DNA of 64,000 nucleotides. It comes from a virus. Of this stretch, positions 37,669 to 45,929 are shown one piece after another. Positions within the stretch are counted from its first letter, which is position 1. Every line of letters begins with the position of its first letter. The position numbers were made by a program, and so were the translations under genes. Location of the stretch: positions 32,001 to 96,000 of IMG/VR virus record IMGVR_UViG_3300050120_000210; one strand, given 5' to 3'. The notes below the pieces were generated by a model. That model was not told the DNA's origin, searched no databases, and saw nothing but the letters and a program-made list of their open reading frames with translations.

Positions 37669-37845
37669 CTATGTGGCGAGTTCTTCAGCGAGCACTTCCG
37701 CTGCCACGGTCTTCACGTAGTTCGACCAACGCACGCGGTCGTCCCACGGCGCCGCCGCGAACGGCGGATAGCGTTCGCTGTCGCGATGATAGCCGTCGTT
37801 GGCTCGTTGAATGATGGCTTCGGCAATCTCTTCGGGAGTTTTCAT
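37669..37845 (-). CDS. Small hypothetical protein
   Basis: Start MKTPEE with GGAG RBS and ATGA overlap. Confidence 0.55.
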   Translation of the reverse strand: MKTPEEIAEAIIQRANDGYHRDSERYPPFAAAPWDDRVRWSNYVKTVAAEVLAEELAT

Positions 37846-38090
37846 ATCGGCTCCGGTGGGCGCTGGTTGTTGTCGAACATGTCTTGGATTTCGCGCGAAC
37901 GCTGCTGTGCTAGATCGTGTGGTGGTTGACCGAAGCCACAGGCTGTATTCGACAACCTCACCCACTTCTGTTTCCAGACGTTCCATTCCCACATGTCATA
38001 GGACTTGCTGCCGTCTTCAAGGACGCGTTCTTTGATCGCCGTCCAGCGGAACTGCGCGACAACTGTCGATTTTGCCTTGGCCTTGGTCAT
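37842..38090 (-). CDS. Small hypothetical protein
   Basis: Follows TTGACC-16nt-TAAACT promoter (38098-38125). Confidence 0.6.
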   Translation of the reverse strand: MTKAKAKSTVVAQFRWTAIKERVLEDGSKSYDMWEWNVWKQKWVRLSNTACGFGQPPHDLAQQRSREIQDMFDNNQRPPEPI

Positions 38091-38121
38091 GGCGGGCAGT
38101 TTACGCGAATTTAGGAAATGG

Positions 38122-38535
38122 TCAACGAACTACAGTTTGTCGGAGACTGGTGCCGAACTGCTCGACAAACTCTTTGGCACGAGACGTTTCGGTCACAACA
38201 GGGATTGCCTCGGCGCCGTGGTCGCGCATCCATGCGTAGCGATGGCGGCCGTTGGTGAAAGTGACATTGCCTCGCGCACCAAACCCGACCTCAGACATCT
38301 CTACGGGCTCTCCACCCTTCACCCATGTATCGAAGCGGCCAGCGATACCGTTCTCTGAGCCCTGTGGGCCAACGTAGAAACCACGATCAAATTTGAATGA
38401 CGCGTCCAGCTTGGCGACATCCACCCACACAATAGTTTCTGTGCCTTCTTCCAATGCGGCACGGCACGCCTTCGGCGGTTTCCATTGGATCAGAAGTCCG
38501 GCGGCCTGATCTTCAAAGAGTTCGAAGACTCTCAT
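38122..38535 (-). CDS. MRxxE-leader protein with ParB/Srx-like domain
   Basis: MRVFELFE; FTNGRHR...G...IPV. Confidence 0.7.
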   Translation of the reverse strand: MRVFELFEDQAAGLLIQWKPPKACRAALEEGTETIVWVDVAKLDASFKFDRGFYVGPQGSENGIAGRFDTWVKGGEPVEMSEVGFGARGNVTFTNGRHRYAWMRDHGAEAIPVVTETSRAKEFVEQFGTSLRQTVVR

Positions 38536-39245
38536 CGACGAGCCGGGCGGGCCAGAAGTCGGCCGCCATCATAGTCGTATGCCACGGCTAATTCTTCAAC
38601 AGTGTTCACAAGTTGCACGTTGTCTTCGTCGTGTGGGACCGGAGACACGTAAACAACCTCGAACTGCGGCGACAGGACCATTCGTTTCCAGAGAGAAGCG
38701 CCTTCATCTGTTTGCATTTCATCAGCTTCAAGCCAATCACAGACGTTGTTCATCAACCAAGCATACAGCACGAGCGCAATACCTTTCCCGGCATATGCGC
38801 GGTCAATGCGGACACTCGACACTTGCAAGCTTATACCACCATTGCCGTCGATGTCGGCCGATACCGAGCCAAAGGTGCCCGTTAGGTAGCCCACGGGTGT
38901 GATGTCGTCGAACACCACGTAGAATGCGGTGACGGCATCTTCGATAACGGGCACTTGCTCATCGCTCTCATCGTCGTTGCGATCTCGCGGGCGGGCGACG
39001 GAGAACCCAAGGCCCGGAAGCTCTCCCACGCGAACCATGGGCGTCTTGTCGCCAAATGGCGTGGCGCCCGGCTTCACACGGCGAGGAAGATCGGGGAACA
39101 ACAATGGCTGGCGAGGGTCTTCTTTGCCCGGCACGCCCATTTTTTCTGGCGAGAAATCACCAACTTGATCGTCCCACTCGTCGCTGAGATCAGAAACAAG
39201 CTGAATCTCACTGAGTGGTTGTTGGAAGAGTTCGAGCAAACGCAT
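38532..39245 (-). CDS. MRxxE-leader protein with GNAT-like domain
   Basis: MRLLELF; V.IDRAYAGKGIA..LY acetyl-CoA motif; QT..G..LW. Confidence 0.7.
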   Translation of the reverse strand: MRLLELFQQPLSEIQLVSDLSDEWDDQVGDFSPEKMGVPGKEDPRQPLLFPDLPRRVKPGATPFGDKTPMVRVGELPGLGFSVARPRDRNDDESDEQVPVIEDAVTAFYVVFDDITPVGYLTGTFGSVSADIDGNGGISLQVSSVRIDRAYAGKGIALVLYAWLMNNVCDWLEADEMQTDEGASLWKRMVLSPQFEVVYVSPVPHDEDNVQLVNTVEELAVAYDYDGGRLLARPARR

Positions 39246-39249
39246 CCGA

Positions 39250-39257
39250 TATTTAGC
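39250..39257 (-). promoter_or_regulatory. Late-promoter-like GCTAAATA box, 4 nt before ATG
   Basis: GCTAAATATCGGATGCG, identical to the site at 55815. Confidence 0.65.
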
Positions 39258-39258
39258 G

Positions 39259-39415
39259 AAAAAGCCCCGGAGATCACTCCCCGAGGCTCTTGCGATTTAC
39301 AGGACTTCGCCCTTACCACAGATGTGCAGACGATGGCCGAAGGGAGTCCCGTCTTGACTTTCGTCGCCCGTGTCACAAGTCCGGCTGCGTCAGAACTGCC
39401 ATCGTCTGTTTTCCA
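39259..39415 (-). ncRNA. Candidate structured RNA / regulatory leader
   Basis: Promoter-like TTGCCT-17nt-TAGCGT, interleaved helices, terminator at 39259-39287, no credible ORF. Confidence 0.4.
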
Positions 39416-39451
39416 CGACCAACGCTATAAAATCTGGTTAACGAAGGCAAG

Positions 39452-39478
39452 AAAAAAGGGCGGCCCGAAGACCGCCCT
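39452..39478 (-). terminator. Rho-independent terminator
   Basis: GGGCGG/CCGCCC stem with TTCG loop and T6 tract. Confidence 0.8.
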
Positions 39479-39505
39479 CTCAACCTTGTGATCCGGGCAA
39501 TCCCT

Positions 39506-39925
39506 TTAGTAGGGACGGCCGTATTGATCGTAGCGATAGCCGGGCGGTGCGTAGGCCGGATTGTAGTTCGGGGCGGCGTAGACCGGGCCGTTGTCGAAGA
39601 TGTTCTCGATGATCCCGGTGGCGATGGCCGCGAGCACGATGTCACCGGCGTCGGTGCGGTAGTAGGCGTAGCCGCGCGGCGGAACGCGATAGCCGTAACG
39701 GTAGTAGTCGTTCACGATGTAGCGACGATCACGGAACTGGAAGGGGAGCGATTCGCCCCGCGCCCAGCGATGCTGTTCGTAGCGTTGGCCGTCACGGCGG
39801 TCGGCGTCGTGGCGCTCGCCATCACGACGGTTGTATTCGGTGTGGCCATACGGTTGAGCCGTGGCTACGGTCGCGCCCAGCGTCAGGGCGCTGGCAGCGA
39901 CGATGAGGAGAGTCTTGTTGAACAT
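39506..39925 (-). CDS. RcnB-family periplasmic protein
   Basis: Signal peptide; W.RGE.LP...V.DY..YG...PP.GY.Y.R...D.VL.AIATG.I. Confidence 0.85.
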   Translation of the reverse strand: MFNKTLLIVAASALTLGATVATAQPYGHTEYNRRDGERHDADRRDGQRYEQHRWARGESLPFQFRDRRYIVNDYYRYGYRVPPRGYAYYRTDAGDIVLAAIATGIIENIFDNGPVYAAPNYNPAYAPPGYRYDQYGRPY

Positions 39926-40004
39926 TTCGGTCCCTTTGAAAGTTAGAGCTTCACCTTAGCACGGTTCGGCTGAACCTGCACAGTATGTCTCGTTAATCTG
40001 TCGT

Positions 40005-40322
40005 TCACAGATGCTTGGAGCCGAGATGTTGATACAGGTTGAAGAGCGCCGAGTGTGCGGCGTGAGCCAACCCGAAGGCTTCTTTGTCCAGCAAGATGGC
40101 CGGATGTTCAACAAGATGACGATCCACGGAGTCCATGAGGACAGACGCCGTATGAAGCGCCTCATGGTAGCTGAAGGTTCCGGGGATATTATCCTCGGGG
40201 ACGATGCCCGGATCGTATTTGCCCTGTTCGTCTTCGCTGCCCAGATTGTCGATGGCTTCGCGCCTCGATGCTTCGATCTCGGCCGGAGTGAACTTAATTC
40301 GACGGGTCCTTGAGCGTTTCAC
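40005..40322 (-). CDS. Hypothetical protein
   Basis: ORF; HEALH...L..LYQ..G. Confidence 0.6.
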   Translation of the reverse strand: MKRSRTRRIKFTPAEIEASRREAIDNLGSEDEQGKYDPGIVPEDNIPGTFSYHEALHTASVLMDSVDRHLVEHPAILLDKEAFGLAHAAHSALFNLYQHLGSKHL

Positions 40323-40596
40323 TTTGATCCTTGATGGCTTGTGCGATGGCGGCGAGCGCCGCTTGCGGGCTCTTGAATTGCCCGCTCAGTCGCGGGGTCA
40401 TCAGAGCAATGTGGATGAGGTTTGGACCGAACATGCGGACCAGTCCATTGGGCGGGAAACGCCCATTACCGGCGCCCTCAAAACGGTTCGTTCGTCTACG
40501 AGCGGCGGGGCGCTCTCGATAGGTATGCTCAGCGCAAAGCAGCATCGCAACCTGTTGGTAGAAGCGTTCTTCTACCCCAAAATCTTTTTCATTCAT
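40294..40596 (-). CDS. Hypothetical protein
   Basis: ORF; TAAATA at 40606-40611. Confidence 0.6.
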   Translation of the reverse strand: MNEKDFGVEERFYQQVAMLLCAEHTYRERPAARRRTNRFEGAGNGRFPPNGLVRMFGPNLIHIALMTPRLSGQFKSPQAALAAIAQAIKDQSETLKDPSN

Positions 40597-40631
40597 TCTG
40601 CGTCCTATTTAGACGCAGGAAGAGACAATAG

Positions 40632-41357
40632 TCAAGCCATCTCCGCGTTTTCTTCTTCGTATTCTTGCATCTCCTTGATCCACTCTCTCCACGTCCGTTG
40701 AGCAGGACGGTCGAATTGGAAACCAAGTTGCTTCATCTTCGTGCGAAACTGGCGAGCGCCCAGCGAAGAATGATCTTCAAATCTCGTCTGTTCGAATTGG
40801 TTGCCGACGATCTTGAAACGATACCACGTCAAGCGTCGAGCATTCTCGTCGGACCTGTGCCAATGTTTGTGAATCATGTCCGAGATCAGCTTGGCGATTG
40901 CTCGACCTTCTTCCGCATCCTTGATCTTGCTGCTCAGTTTCGAGATGACGTTCTCCCCAGCATCGTCGTAGTCGATTCGGGTCATCTCGATCTGGCCAGC
41001 CTCACAGAATGCCAAGAAACTTTCGAACTTGTCATCGTCAGCGTGCCCACAGGCTTCGAGTTCGGAGAAATTGTCGAATCCAGTATAGTTCTGCATCGAC
41101 AACAGAACGTTGGCTTTGAAGTCGAGGACGACCAGACCGTAGCCCAGCGGGGCCAACGGAGCATCCTCGTGCATCGGTGTGCCGTCGCGCTCCATAACTT
41201 CCCGACATTCTTTGTAATGGGTGCGAACAGCATCTTCATCACGGTCGAGCATGACTTGCTTCGTCTTGATGAGATACGGCAACGGATTCGTCCACACATC
41301 CATGCAGCCCACTTCTCCATTAGAGAAACGCGTTGCGAAGGCGACAGCCCCACCCAT
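40632..41357 (-). CDS. Hypothetical protein
   Basis: Long coupled ORF. Confidence 0.7.
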   Translation of the reverse strand: MGGAVAFATRFSNGEVGCMDVWTNPLPYLIKTKQVMLDRDEDAVRTHYKECREVMERDGTPMHEDAPLAPLGYGLVVLDFKANVLLSMQNYTGFDNFSELEACGHADDDKFESFLAFCEAGQIEMTRIDYDDAGENVISKLSSKIKDAEEGRAIAKLISDMIHKHWHRSDENARRLTWYRFKIVGNQFEQTRFEDHSSLGARQFRTKMKQLGFQFDRPAQRTWREWIKEMQEYEEENAEMA

Positions 41358-42016
41358 TATTTCTGCCTCTGGTAGGCGTCGCTGCGGGCTTCCTTGACCA
41401 TGTCGGTGAGATTGTCGAACATGGGGATGCCGTAGCGTTCGCAGACGATGTCCACGTTGCCTTTGCGATAGAACCCGTTAGGGCATGAGACGTAGGTGCC
41501 GAAACCTCGGCGATTGGCCGCGACGATCCCAAGCTCCATGAGCGTGATCGGCGACTTGGTGTTCGGGTCGAAATGGAAGACGATGATGTCGGCCTTGTCG
41601 ATCATGTCCAACTCCCAGTTCACCTGACAGTTGAACTCGGGACAGTCGATTTTCTGTTCCCACTCGGGGTTCCAGTCGTCGCGGCGAGGATTGAAGATCA
41701 CAGACGTGACCGACTCAAGTTCGGTAATCACCACCGGTTGCCAGTCTTCGGCCGCCCCCATCTCAATGCTTCCCGCGAGGAAAACAGAGGGCGCCTTCGT
41801 GCGCGGCGGCTTGAAGCGATAGATCGGAGGTTGGACGATGAGCGCGGTCATAGGCTTGACCTTAGTTGCGCGTATTTTTTTGGTCAACGACAATTTCGGT
41901 TGGCCACCCCAACGAGCGAATGCCGCTTTCTGAGCGATCTCGCGGCGGCGCGTTGGTGAGAGCGACTTCGCCCGTGCATTACCCCCGGCGACCTTCACTG
42001 GGTCTTTGGGCGACAT
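41357..42016 (-). CDS. Nucleoside 2-deoxyribosyltransferase-like protein with basic N-terminal extension (alternative start 41851)
   Basis: VFLAGSI...DWQ, NPRR, QV.WE...AD, SPITL.ELG, Y.RKGNV. Confidence 0.8.
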   Translation of the reverse strand: MSPKDPVKVAGGNARAKSLSPTRRREIAQKAAFARWGGQPKLSLTKKIRATKVKPMTALIVQPPIYRFKPPRTKAPSVFLAGSIEMGAAEDWQPVVITELESVTSVIFNPRRDDWNPEWEQKIDCPEFNCQVNWELDMIDKADIIVFHFDPNTKSPITLMELGIVAANRRGFGTYVSCPNGFYRKGNVDIVCERYGIPMFDNLTDMVKEARSDAYQRQK

Positions 42017-42366
42017 CACGCAAACTGCGATAATCGGCGGGCCGTCATCTTCAGACGTTTGCCTTCGATCTCGGCGTGCGGCGCCAGATAGACGAGGGTC
42101 ATCACCCGCTGAGATAGACTGTAGATGAGCACGGCGTCATCTCGTAGATGACAATGCCAGAAACCGGTGAGATCGCCGATCATCCGGCGGTCATGTTTGC
42201 CGTACCGAGCGGTCAAAGGATCGCGAATTTTGGTCTCGACGAACTTGTTGAGCTTGGTTCGTATGTCGGGGAACGTGGTCGCCATACGACCTACGCTGTC
42301 CTCGAACAGATCGCTCTTGGATAATCGCCACGCGGATACAGGCGATGAGACTAACGCTAAGGACAT
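42016..42366 (-). CDS. RelE/YafQ-like mRNA interferase
   Basis: D....G.LTGFWHCHLRDDAVLIY...L....H. Confidence 0.7.
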   Translation of the reverse strand: MSLALVSSPVSAWRLSKSDLFEDSVGRMATTFPDIRTKLNKFVETKIRDPLTARYGKHDRRMIGDLTGFWHCHLRDDAVLIYSLSQRVMTLVYLAPHAEIEGKRLKMTARRLSQFA

Positions 42367-42472
42367 GAGCCACCCGGCAGAGATGGAAGAAGGTCCGAAG
42401 AGTGTCGCCGATTCGAAAACGAGTTGCAAGACGCAATTTCGATGACGCTGCCCGAAAGACGCTAAATAGTCG

Positions 42473-43039
42473 GTGAGCCAGATCATCCATCCCGATATTG
42501 CGACGTATTTTCATGATGACCATGCTCATGTCCTTGACGAAGAATACTACAAGGACATCATGGTCAAAGTGGACCCCAATTGGCTACCCCACAATGACTA
42601 CTCCAAACTGATCCCCTACGTTCGATATGTTGCGACGAAGTCCAACATCATGAAGTTTTTCGTTCCGAACAAATACAACGGATGGAACACTTACGTTCAG
42701 TTCGTCGAATGGCAGGAACAAGTTGTCGATCTGGACCTGAAGGCCAACGAAGCTGCTCGGCTCCTGCTATGGGCGGGTAACATCCGGGTTCACTGCCCAT
42801 GCCCGGCATTCAAGTTCTGGGGGATGCAATACATCATGACGCAAAAGAATGCTGCGATCATCCCCGAGGTGCGCTATCCGCACATTCGGAACCCCCAACT
42901 CAAGGGCGTCGTGTGCAAGCACCTGAACCGCACGCTGAAAGTTCTACCGTTCCACCTTGGTGACATGGCCGGGTCGATCAAGGAACAGCGCAAGGCCATC
43001 GAAGCGGTCGCTAACGACGGGCACGTCCACGCTCACTAG
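42473..43039 (+). CDS. SWIM-type zinc-finger late protein
   Basis: V.CPCPAF.FWG...NP...G.VCKHL; GCTAAATA 4 nt before GTG. Confidence 0.7.
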   Translation: MSQIIHPDIATYFHDDHAHVLDEEYYKDIMVKVDPNWLPHNDYSKLIPYVRYVATKSNIMKFFVPNKYNGWNTYVQFVEWQEQVVDLDLKANEAARLLLWAGNIRVHCPCPAFKFWGMQYIMTQKNAAIIPEVRYPHIRNPQLKGVVCKHLNRTLKVLPFHLGDMAGSIKEQRKAIEAVANDGHVHAH

Positions 43040-43040
43040 A

Positions 43041-43481
43041 CTAGACTGGCCAATCCAAAGTCATTCGATTCGGATCGATATGCAGGCTGGTTTTCTCAAG
43101 AATATCCATACCGACGACGATGTCAGACAGCAGTTGCTCACAGACGCAAGCCTCTTCCATGGCAGTGATGCCAATCGTAGAACCGTTGGTCGATGACATC
43201 TGAATTTCAACGAAACGTGTTCTCGCCCGGCCATGAGCCGACGATGACCAACCACCAGTTGCGTGAATCAACGGCTTCGTTTTACCACGATAGGCCGTCA
43301 GCAGACGGGGATGAAATCTCGTGGCCGATGCTCCGGTATCAATGAACGCGATGATATCTTGCCATTGGTCGAAATCATCAAATCGAAGCCGAAGTTTTGC
43401 TCGCACCAATCGTCTTGCGATTTGGGGCAGCACACTATTGAACGACGTGATTTCGTAATCGATAGGAACTCTGTCCACGAT
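43041..43481 (-). CDS. Retropepsin-like aspartyl protease
   Basis: FIDTGAS and IVVGMDIL motifs. Confidence 0.7.
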   Translation of the reverse strand: MVDRVPIDYEITSFNSVLPQIARRLVRAKLRLRFDDFDQWQDIIAFIDTGASATRFHPRLLTAYRGKTKPLIHATGGWSSSAHGRARTRFVEIQMSSTNGSTIGITAMEEACVCEQLLSDIVVGMDILEKTSLHIDPNRMTLDWPV

Positions 43482-43529
43482 CACCCCCATTTCTGTTCTC
43501 TTTTAGGTGAGGGCAGTGGGAGCATCAAC

Positions 43530-43558
43530 AAAAAAGGCCGGGAGATTTTCCCGGCCTT
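43530..43558 (-). terminator. Rho-independent terminator
   Basis: AAGGCCGGGA/TCCCGGCCTT stem plus T tract. Confidence 0.8.
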
Positions 43559-43562
43559 CTTG

Positions 43563-44396
43563 CTATTTGCGGATCGTCCAAGCGTCGCAGGACAAGTTTG
43601 GATTTTCGAGGTAGGCGGCCGGAATCCAGAAGTTGCCAGCATCACCCCAATCTTCACCCCACGAGTTGCGAACCTCGTAGTAGTCACCGCCATTGATGTC
43701 GGTGTTGTAGCCGATCACGCAAACAGCGTGACCACCGGCGACCGAATCGTTACGGGTCGGCATCGGGACGAAGCCCGTGCGAGCCACTTCATCGGTTTCG
43801 AAGCTGCTATAGATAGTGATGCCCGTGATGAACGGGTGACCCTGTGCCAAGCAGTTACGGAAGTCAGTGCGGTTCTCAAGACGCGAGTATTCAACGGCGC
43901 GGCCTTGATCGGCTTCTTGAAGGACCGGCGGTGGGGGTTGGATCGTGAACTTGCTCTCGTCGTAAGGCCAATCGGCTTCCAGAGCCGCACCTTGGTTCAC
44001 GAGGACTTGGATCGCGTCGCGGATGAAAGCGCCATTGTCGCTGGCGACCGTGCCTTCCATCATGCGTTCGCAGTAGTAGATTTGGAGACGCGAGTAAGGA
44101 CCACCGCCATGGACAAACGCCCACATGGCGCCAGAGGCGTTGGCAGTGCAGGAACCGAGTTGACCTTGATTGAAGACCGGCGGCATGTGGCCGCGCAGGC
44201 TGATGGCCAGCGGGAAGCCATCCGCGCCCATGCCGGTCGGGCCGACGACGGCAGTGACGTTGTGGACCGCAGTCGGATCGACCGGGGCGACGACGGCCTT
44301 TAGGGCTTGAGCTTCCGGCGAATGAACGTCGCGATAGAAGAGATCGCGGAAATCAGGAAGGTCCGGCTTCCAACCGTATTTTGCAATGGAACGCAT
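43563..44396 (-). CDS. Papain-like (C1A) cysteine peptidase
   Basis: YGW.PD..D.RD, QGQLGSCTA, GGHAV..IGY, RNSWG..WGD.G; TAAATA at 44424-44429. Confidence 0.92.
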   Translation of the reverse strand: MRSIAKYGWKPDLPDFRDLFYRDVHSPEAQALKAVVAPVDPTAVHNVTAVVGPTGMGADGFPLAISLRGHMPPVFNQGQLGSCTANASGAMWAFVHGGGPYSRLQIYYCERMMEGTVASDNGAFIRDAIQVLVNQGAALEADWPYDESKFTIQPPPPVLQEADQGRAVEYSRLENRTDFRNCLAQGHPFITGITIYSSFETDEVARTGFVPMPTRNDSVAGGHAVCVIGYNTDINGGDYYEVRNSWGEDWGDAGNFWIPAAYLENPNLSCDAWTIRK

Positions 44397-44707
44397 TTAC
44401 TTTCACCAAGTTCGAGGTGAGAGTATTTAATGGGCTGCGCTCGATCAAAAAGTGCATATACTTTCATCGCGGCAAGGAACCGCGCTGCCTCTGCACTATA
44501 GAATTTCCACCCATCTTGTGCCGGATTGTGCCCAGATGCCAAGCTCATTGCTTTGGCAATCGCTTCAATCTCTTCGGGTGGGAATGTAGTCTTGTTTTTC
44601 TTAGCCCAACGGCTGTCCGAAATTGTCACCGCAACGACCAGTGCGACAAGGCCAAGAAGTAATCCGGCCATCACAAGCAGCGGCACATAGGAGAGAAATT
44701 CTTTCAT
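44300..44707 (-). CDS. Membrane-anchored hypothetical protein
   Basis: Start MKEFLS; N-terminal TM; 3' end overlaps peptidase gene. Confidence 0.45.
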   Translation of the reverse strand: MKEFLSYVPLLVMAGLLLGLVALVVAVTISDSRWAKKNKTTFPPEEIEAIAKAMSLASGHNPAQDGWKFYSAEAARFLAAMKVYALFDRAQPIKYSHLELGESKCVPLQNTVGSRTFLISAISSIATFIRRKLKP

Positions 44708-44940
44708 CGAGCGAAATGCCGCCAGATGGTGCGGACGCCAATCGCCCACGGCCCAACGACCAGTGCCGCGAAGACGATCAGGCCGCCGACGTAGTAGACG
44801 TTCGTGAAGATGATCTTGCCGTCTTCGAGGCGGCGTTGGCCCCACGAAAATTTTGCCCGGCGTTCTTTCTCTTGTTCGGCCCAGAGGTGCACAAATAGCG
44901 CCGGGGCTCTCACGGCATCCGATAAGTCGATTTTTCTCAT
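44704..44940 (-). CDS. Small membrane protein
   Basis: Start MRKIDL; C-terminal TM. Confidence 0.55.
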   Translation of the reverse strand: MRKIDLSDAVRAPALFVHLWAEQEKERRAKFSWGQRRLEDGKIIFTNVYYVGGLIVFAALVVGPWAIGVRTIWRHFAR

Positions 44941-45404
44941 GCGATCCTTTCTTTGCGCGGGAAACGGGCTGCTAGCACCAACAGGGCTGGATTTTCCGGC
45001 GGGAGTGTCTTTGCCCATTCTAGCAGCTTCGCCTTGCCGATGCGACGATCAGAGGCACGGAGAATGTCACCAAGCTCCCACTGATCGTTCGTCAGATCAT
45101 CGAACAGTTCCTCGCGCGGCCGACTGACGTAGTCGTCAAGCGTGAAGCTGGCGAAGCACTGATTATCCAGCCAGTAGCGGATAGCAGGAAGACGCGTATC
45201 CTGATTCTTCGATCCGGTAATGAACTTGCCCGGAAATTCCCAGATGATCTCGCGGTTCAGACGTACATTGTAGTAGGGCAGTTCGTAGCTGCTGTGGTTT
45301 GTCTGGTATCGATAGGACGTGCATTGCATATCGACACCTAATCCTTCGACGAAGAAGGATTCGATGAGCTTCTTGCGCTTGCTCCAAGGGGTATGGCGAC
45401 TCAT
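44937..45404 (-). CDS. Hypothetical protein (WSK.KK...DRRIGK pattern)
   Basis: Coupled ORF. Confidence 0.65.
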   Translation of the reverse strand: MSRHTPWSKRKKLIESFFVEGLGVDMQCTSYRYQTNHSSYELPYYNVRLNREIIWEFPGKFITGSKNQDTRLPAIRYWLDNQCFASFTLDDYVSRPREELFDDLTNDQWELGDILRASDRRIGKAKLLEWAKTLPPENPALLVLAARFPRKERIA

Positions 45405-45922
45405 TCCAATCCTGACAATTTGTCACCAAGTTCTACGCGGATCATGGTCATGTCGTTCTCGAAGAACTCCTGTGACCCACGAAACTCAGCAAGATAAACT
45501 TCACCATACTTCAAGACATAGAAGATTGCCATTTCTGATGAGTTCTGTGACATCTTGCCGGGGTAATTTCCTTCCCTAGCACGTTCGAAGTCATCGAAGA
45601 AACCGGGCATGAAAGTCATACTCGCAACTTCGATGTGATGCAGGTTGCCTCTCATGTCTTTGACAGTATTGACCAAATTCTCACGAGGCATCCGCAGACC
45701 GATATCAATGGCCCATCGACCGGGTGATCGAACCATGTGCTCATGCGGTTCACCCGGCGACGTGCTCACATCTCCCAAATTCGTGCGATATTCTCGCCCG
45801 AGCAGATGGGCGTAAACTACTCGGCTTGCCTGCCGCCGCCCAGTCTTCAGCAGATAACGCATGAAGACACGAAGATCGGCCAGCATCGGATAATCCTTGC
45901 TGAGCAACACCCGCGCCTTCAT
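45401..45922 (-). CDS. Distal 'G..F..D...IR' C-terminal family protein
   Basis: Start MKARVL; ends GSQEFFENDMTMIRVE. Confidence 0.6.
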   Translation of the reverse strand: MKARVLLSKDYPMLADLRVFMRYLLKTGRRQASRVVYAHLLGREYRTNLGDVSTSPGEPHEHMVRSPGRWAIDIGLRMPRENLVNTVKDMRGNLHHIEVASMTFMPGFFDDFERAREGNYPGKMSQNSSEMAIFYVLKYGEVYLAEFRGSQEFFENDMTMIRVELGDKLSGLE

Positions 45923-45929
45923 GTGATCG

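Noticed and set aside
39355-39400. Hammerhead-like CUGA...GAAA words in the candidate RNA
   Set aside because: Core is CUGACGC rather than CUGANGA, and stem III / cleavage triplet cannot be formed
39426-39441. CtrA-box-like TTAA-N7-TTAT
   Set aside because: Single mismatched site within an AT-rich promoter; not enough support
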